DNA from: Octopus bimaculoides | Taxonomy: Eukaryota | Assembly: GCF_001194135.2 (NCBI RefSeq) | Contig: NC_068998.1 | Location: forward strand, 16,363,597-16,415,208 | DNA: 51,612 bases | Direction: 5' to 3' | Part shown: positions 46,592-51,612 of the stretch, piece by piece | Layout: each line of letters starts with the position of its first letter | How positions within the stretch are numbered: the first letter of the stretch is position 1 | Translations under genes and position numbers: made by a program | The notes under the pieces: generated by a model | The model's input: the letters and a program-made list of their open reading frames with translations, nothing else | What the model was told of the DNA's origin: nothing | The model's database searches: none

Positions 46592-48039
46592 AATATGAGA
46601 GAGTTAAATAGAAGGGTATAGTAGAGTTCAATATAAGAAGTTATTTTGAAAAGGAAGAGATATAGGAATTATAAAGGGAAATATGAGAATAAGAATAAAA
46701 ATATATGTTGGATGGTAAAAGGTCCTTCCTGAACCATAAGACTGGTTTCCTGAATTCTGCAGAGTACGTATTCCCCACCCTGGATGGATCACTGGTCCAT
46801 CACAGGAATGCTCATTTCGGCCAGCTGAGTTGACAGGAGCCATGTAAAACAAAGTGTTACTCAAGAACATAACATATCATCCAGTCCAGGAACTGAAACC
46901 ATAATCTTATAATCATGAGTATACCACCCTAACCACTAAGCCACATGCCTCCACGTGTGTGTGCATGTGCATGTGCATGTGTGTGTGTGTGTGTATTTTC
47001 CCCCTCCACTAGCAGTTTGGCAAAAAGACCAATAGAATAAGCACCAGATCTAAAAAAGCAATAAGTGCAGGAATCAATTTGTTCAACTAAAAAAAAAGCC
47101 CTTCAAGTGGTGTTCCAGCTTGGTCGCTGTTCAATAACCGAAACAAGTAAAAGATAAAAACGAAAAGATGAAAACAAATTAATTACAGAATCTGAAATGA
47201 ATTAAGAAACAAAAATAAAACTTGCTGGTCACACTTGGGCAGCTTTTAATCAGATAACATATTTAATTGATCAGAGTTCTACCAAAAGCTAAACTAATAC
47301 TATTCTTACTATGACTACATTTCCACCAGTCGCATAACCAAAAAATGTACCACCTAGGTCAGTCTTTGATTTTGCCATCTACTTGCCCCAGGGCCTATAC
47401 AGCCTATACAGGCTCATATAGCAAACCCAAAAGTGCTACCCCTATAGAAGAATCTCCTAGGGCAAACTGCCCCCATTACCTCATCACCATCTACGCTACT
47501 GACTTCTATTACCATTATTTCTTTTACAATTCCATTCACACATGGGAAAAGCAGGCATTATGGGATTCCATTCACACATGGAGAGAGCAGGCATTATGGG
47601 AATGTAAATAGACCTCTAGTACATGATTGGTACGTAATTTTATTGGGCCCCCTCACCTTCCCCTCGGAAAGTGCTTGGCCTAATGGTTAGAGTATTGCAC
47701 TCACAAGTGCAAGATCATGGTTTCAATTCTTGGACCAGGTGGTGCATTTTATGTTGTTTCAGTCTACTCTGTTGTAAATGAGTAACTCTGAGATTAATGA
47801 CTGGCTTTCTTTACAGTGAGGAATGTTGTGATCTCAGTCATGTATAATGCCATGAAAACTGGGTAACTGATGTTATGAGTTTTAGAACTTGAGACAGTAA
47901 TGTGTCTTCCCTTCAGATAGACAAAAGGTTAAGATGACCTTGGTAAGATTTGAACTCAGAATGTAAAGAGTTATGACAAAAGAGAGTCCCTCTCAAACTG
48001 ACTGGAATTCTAGTCGTCTCCTTCAAATCCACACCCTAC

Positions 48040-48640
48040 AAACTTTCTTCCACTTGTTTCAATCAGTGAACAGCAGCCATGCTGGGGCACTAGTTAGAAA
48101 GATTTAGGCGAACAAATCAACCCCCGGACTTTTTTATTTATTTTTTCTTTTGAGCCTGGTACTTTTTTGTTTAATCTGGAACTTACTCTCTTGGTCTTTT
48201 TTGCCAAACCATTAAGTTACAGAGGCATAAACAAAACAACACCAGTTGTCAAGCAAGGGGAAGAGGGGGGAAAAAACAAACACAAAGGCATATACATATA
48301 TGCATACATACACATCATCACCATCATTTAACATCCATCGTACATGCTAGCATGGGTTGGACAGTGTGACCAGAGCTGGTAAGGTCAGGGGCTGCACCAG
48401 ATTTTTGTCATGGTTTCTACTTCCAAACACCAACCAATTTACAGAGTGTGCAGGGTACTTTTACATGGCACCACACGAAACATACATACATACAGCAGGC
48501 TTCCACCCAGTTTGTCTGCCAATCTATTCCTAAGGCTTTGGTTGGTCCAGGGTTATAGTAGAAGACACCCACCCAAGGTGCTACGCTGTAGGACTGAACC
48601 CAAAACAATATGTCACAAGGCAAGCTTCTAAACCACAAAT
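48040..48640 (-). mobile_element. SINE family A pieces interrupted by a family D fragment
   Basis: Tail 48040-48290, head 48490-48640, catgctagcatgggttgg module between. Confidence 0.6.
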
Positions 48641-48782
48641 GCACACACAGACATAAAAAAGGGCACATAATTTCAGTGAATCCCAATTTGGGATCTGCTC
48701 GCTTCATGATTCCACGAAAAAAATTCATCTGAGAAACAGGGTCTCCTTCTTAATAGAAAAGTTGGTAACTATTGCTTTATAT

Positions 48783-49093
48783 CAGTGGTTCCCAGACTTT
48801 TAGGGGCTGCCGCTCCCTTGACACCCAGGCCACATTCCTTGCGCCTCCACCCCAACTAACCATCACAAACATAGACCTCTTTCTGAAGAAAATTAAAGCA
48901 ACTGTATTTCACAACTAAAACTTAACCTAATGAATCCATTATTTTGCTGTTTTTAAATGAATCACTACCCCATTATCGCACTACTTTTTACATGGCTCGC
49001 TACCCCATTATCGCCCCTCTTTCTTCAATGCCCCTTTGGAACTTTCCACCCGGTGGGTGGGGGGCGCAATACTGCACACTTTGGGAACCACTG
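48783..49093. mobile_element. hAT (Charlie-like) MITE
   Basis: TIR cagtggttccca / tgggaaccactg; 8-bp flanks only half match (ctttatat / ctttcagt). Confidence 0.75.
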
Positions 49094-49561
49094 CTTTCAG
49101 TCATAGATACACTGTGACCGAAAACAAATGGGATAATCACAGCTTGAATGCTTGTTGATTCCGGTTCTAGTTCTGCTCAAACAGAGGCGATCTGTGGCCA
49201 AACATCAGCCACGAGGCTATTTCGTCTGACACTTTTAACAGTTCTGTTAATCCAATAGTAAGACTGTTTACAGCTAACACCAGCATCATCACTGATACAC
49301 CACGACGACAACCACCACCAACCTGCCTCGGCTAACACCGACACCAATTAAATACACCCCCTACTCACCCTGCTCAGTCGTTCTGACCTCAGGCAAAACA
49401 ACCCAGTAGCACTCTCATTACTGTCACTCATTCCCTCCCCTCCTCCTCCCTTCCACTATCACCAAAACTACTATACACATCATTAGTTCTGCAGTTACTT
49501 CTAACAGCTCCACCACTGCCACCACCATCACCTTTAATCCAATCACTCACACACACACACA

Positions 49562-49593
<32 letters not shown>

Positions 49594-49809
49594 TACATAT
49601 ACACACACATACATATACATNNNNNNNNNNNNNNNNNNNNNNNNNNNNNNNNNNNNNNNNNNNNNNNNNNNNNNNNNNNNNNNNNNNNNNNNNNNNNNNN
49701 NNNNNNNNNNNNNNNNNNNNNNNNNNNNNNNNNNNNNNNNNNNNNNNNNNNNNNNNNNNNNNNNNNNNNNNNNNNNNNNNNNNNNNNNNNNNNNNNNNNN
49801 NNNNNNNNN

Positions 49810-49854
<45 letters not shown>

Positions 49855-49863
49855 GTGTGTATA

Positions 49864-49919
<56 letters not shown>

Positions 49920-50164
49920 TATATATGTATATATATATGTATATGTATGTATATGTGTGTGTTTGTGTTTGTGTATATACACACACACAAATACACATAT
50001 ATAGTTAACATGTCATACAAGTGTTAAGTGTAATAGCATAATCTGAACTAGTTTAATCCAAGGCATGTAATCACAAAAGTGCTCAAAAACAGTTAACATC
50101 AAATTATGATAGAAGGAGCTGTAATGTTAGTCTACCATAAAATCACACAACACAGAACATGTGT

Positions 50165-50216
<52 letters not shown>

Positions 50217-50519
50217 AATACATGCATAAATACATGCACAAAGTAGTAGAAGTAGTCGATGTTGCTTGCATGCCAAACTAAAGAAGCATTTTCTTTTCAT
50301 CTTAAACTTAAACGATGTTAAATATTGCAATGTTTCATGTAGTGCTTTTTGAATGTAACTATATTAGTTTCAAAATTTTGGCACAAGGCCAGGGATTTCA
50401 GAGGGGTGGGTAAGTCAAAATAATCAGCCCCAAGATTGTACTAATACTTATTTTATCAAACACCAAAAGGATGAAAGGCCAAATCGGTCACAGCATCATT
50501 TGAACTCAGTATCCGATCT

Positions 50520-50875
50520 CCAGTTATTTTTAGAGCATCCTCTCTTTCATCTCCTTTGTAGGTTCCAGGTAAGGCCTGACATGTCCTTTTAGATTTTGCT
50601 GTACTGCATCAAATATTTCCCTGAAGGAAGGCCTTCCTCTTCCAGCTCTCGTTGTTTAAAATTGTTATCAATGCTTCTTTAACTTTGCCTTTTTCCAGGT
50701 AGGCGTATTGGTCCCATGCAAAACCATTTTTACCCTTGGAAAGAGGTAGTCCATATTATCCTTTGACTTGTCCAACATGAGAGGCCCTACCAGGAGCTTG
50801 CACTCCACTGACATAGCTCACAGGACCACTGAGGCACAGAAGCCACTGAACAGCAACAAGGACTGGACCTTGTGA
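50520..50875 (-). mobile_element. RTE LINE 5' leader fragment
   Basis: gtgcctcagtggtcctgtgagctatgtcagtggagtgcaagctcctggtagggcctctcatgttggacaagtcaaagg; related copies at 34775-34900 (+), 2335-2430 (+) and about 25130-25200 (-). Confidence 0.5.
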
Positions 50876-51260
50876 TGGTTTGCTGTACATGGTAAAAATA
50901 AAATCTAGATGTAGGTTTTTATTCCTGAATTTAAATGCCACTAAAATAAACTTTGAAGGTCAATAAAATAAAGACCCAGTCAAGTATTGGAGGCAATGTA
51001 ATCAATTGACCATCCTTCCCCATAAAATGTCTTGGACCTTGTTAAATTCCTCCCAACCATTTAATGTATTTCAAACTTACCCCAGATTATCTTGGAAAAA
51101 AAAATGAAGCTTAATATAGCTTTGTATGCTAATAATGAAAATTGCATTTATTTTTCTTAATAGAAATTAATAATAAAGAAGGTACAAACACTTTTGTTAT
51201 CAGTATGCAAAACTACATCCATGTAGAAATTTAGAAAAAAAATCTGGCAAAAATTTGAAC

Positions 51261-51612
51261 TATTAGGTTGTCAAGAAAGTTCTTGCGGTTTTTAACCTTT
51301 AAATTCAGATGCGCATATCTCAGCTCAAACAAAACTTTACTAATTGAGATAAACACCATCAGAATCAATATACTTTTGCCAACATGAAACAAGTTTATTT
51401 ATGCCAGTAGCATAAAAATCCTGCGTTCTAGTGGTGATGAAGTCGTTGAAGGAGTGTTTGGCATCGTTTTGGTTTTTGAAGCATTTCTCATGCAGGAAGT
51501 TGTCAAGATGCTTGAAAAAGTGGTAGTCGGTAGGCAAGAAGTCTGGTGAGTATGGCGGATGAGGCAGAGTTTAGTAGCCCAATTTGTTCGACTTCTGCAG
51601 AGTCAGTTGTGT
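51261..51612 (-). mobile_element. mariner 3' end with TIR (continues beyond the window)
   Basis: PTDYHFFKHLDNFLHEKCF..GINKLVSCWQKYIDSDG; TIR tattaggttgtcaagaaagttcttgcggtttt at 51261. Confidence 0.9.

Noticed and set aside
50562-50568. Apparent 7-nt plus-strand micro-exon tgtag|gttccag|gtaagg
   Set aside because: Part of the antisense strand of the RTE leader fragment; no plus-strand gene context.

Overview
AT-rich eukaryotic (metazoan) genomic DNA, dense in microsatellites and SINEs, with about 10 N-gaps (approx. 722-1119, 9361-9369, 12211-12441, 15973-16397, 16991-17306, 26995-27460, 29835-30097, 32348-32572, 41586-42221, 49621-49809). The SINE families look like those I recall from octopus genomes (inference, not searched). 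Nearly all ORFs in the supplied track are microsatellite, gap or decayed-transposon artefacts. Reading minus-strand splice sites by hand gives one 13-exon gene spanning 45084 to 1297. All junctions are GT-AG and phase-compatible, and the total is 1269 nt (422 aa + stop). The product is a coiled-coil protein resembling the CCDC177/CCDC185 (DUF4659) family. Its introns contain tRNA-derived SINEs, RTE, Penelope and R4/Dong-like retroelement fragments, Tc1/mariner relics, hAT and piggyBac-type MITEs, and minisatellites. The most interesting signal is a set of at least 8 minimal type-I hammerhead-ribozyme-like motifs of the kind carried by Penelope-like elements. Two have intact catalytic cores (46544-46591, 18068-18115) and one has a U4C core inside a ~36-bp stem. 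Two head-to-head inverted pairs occur, one of them a tRNA-headed, SINE-like, hammerhead-tailed element bounded by a single 13-bp target-site duplication (11645-12078). Repeat boundaries are approximate unless defined by a TSD or TIR. No searches or folding programs were run.
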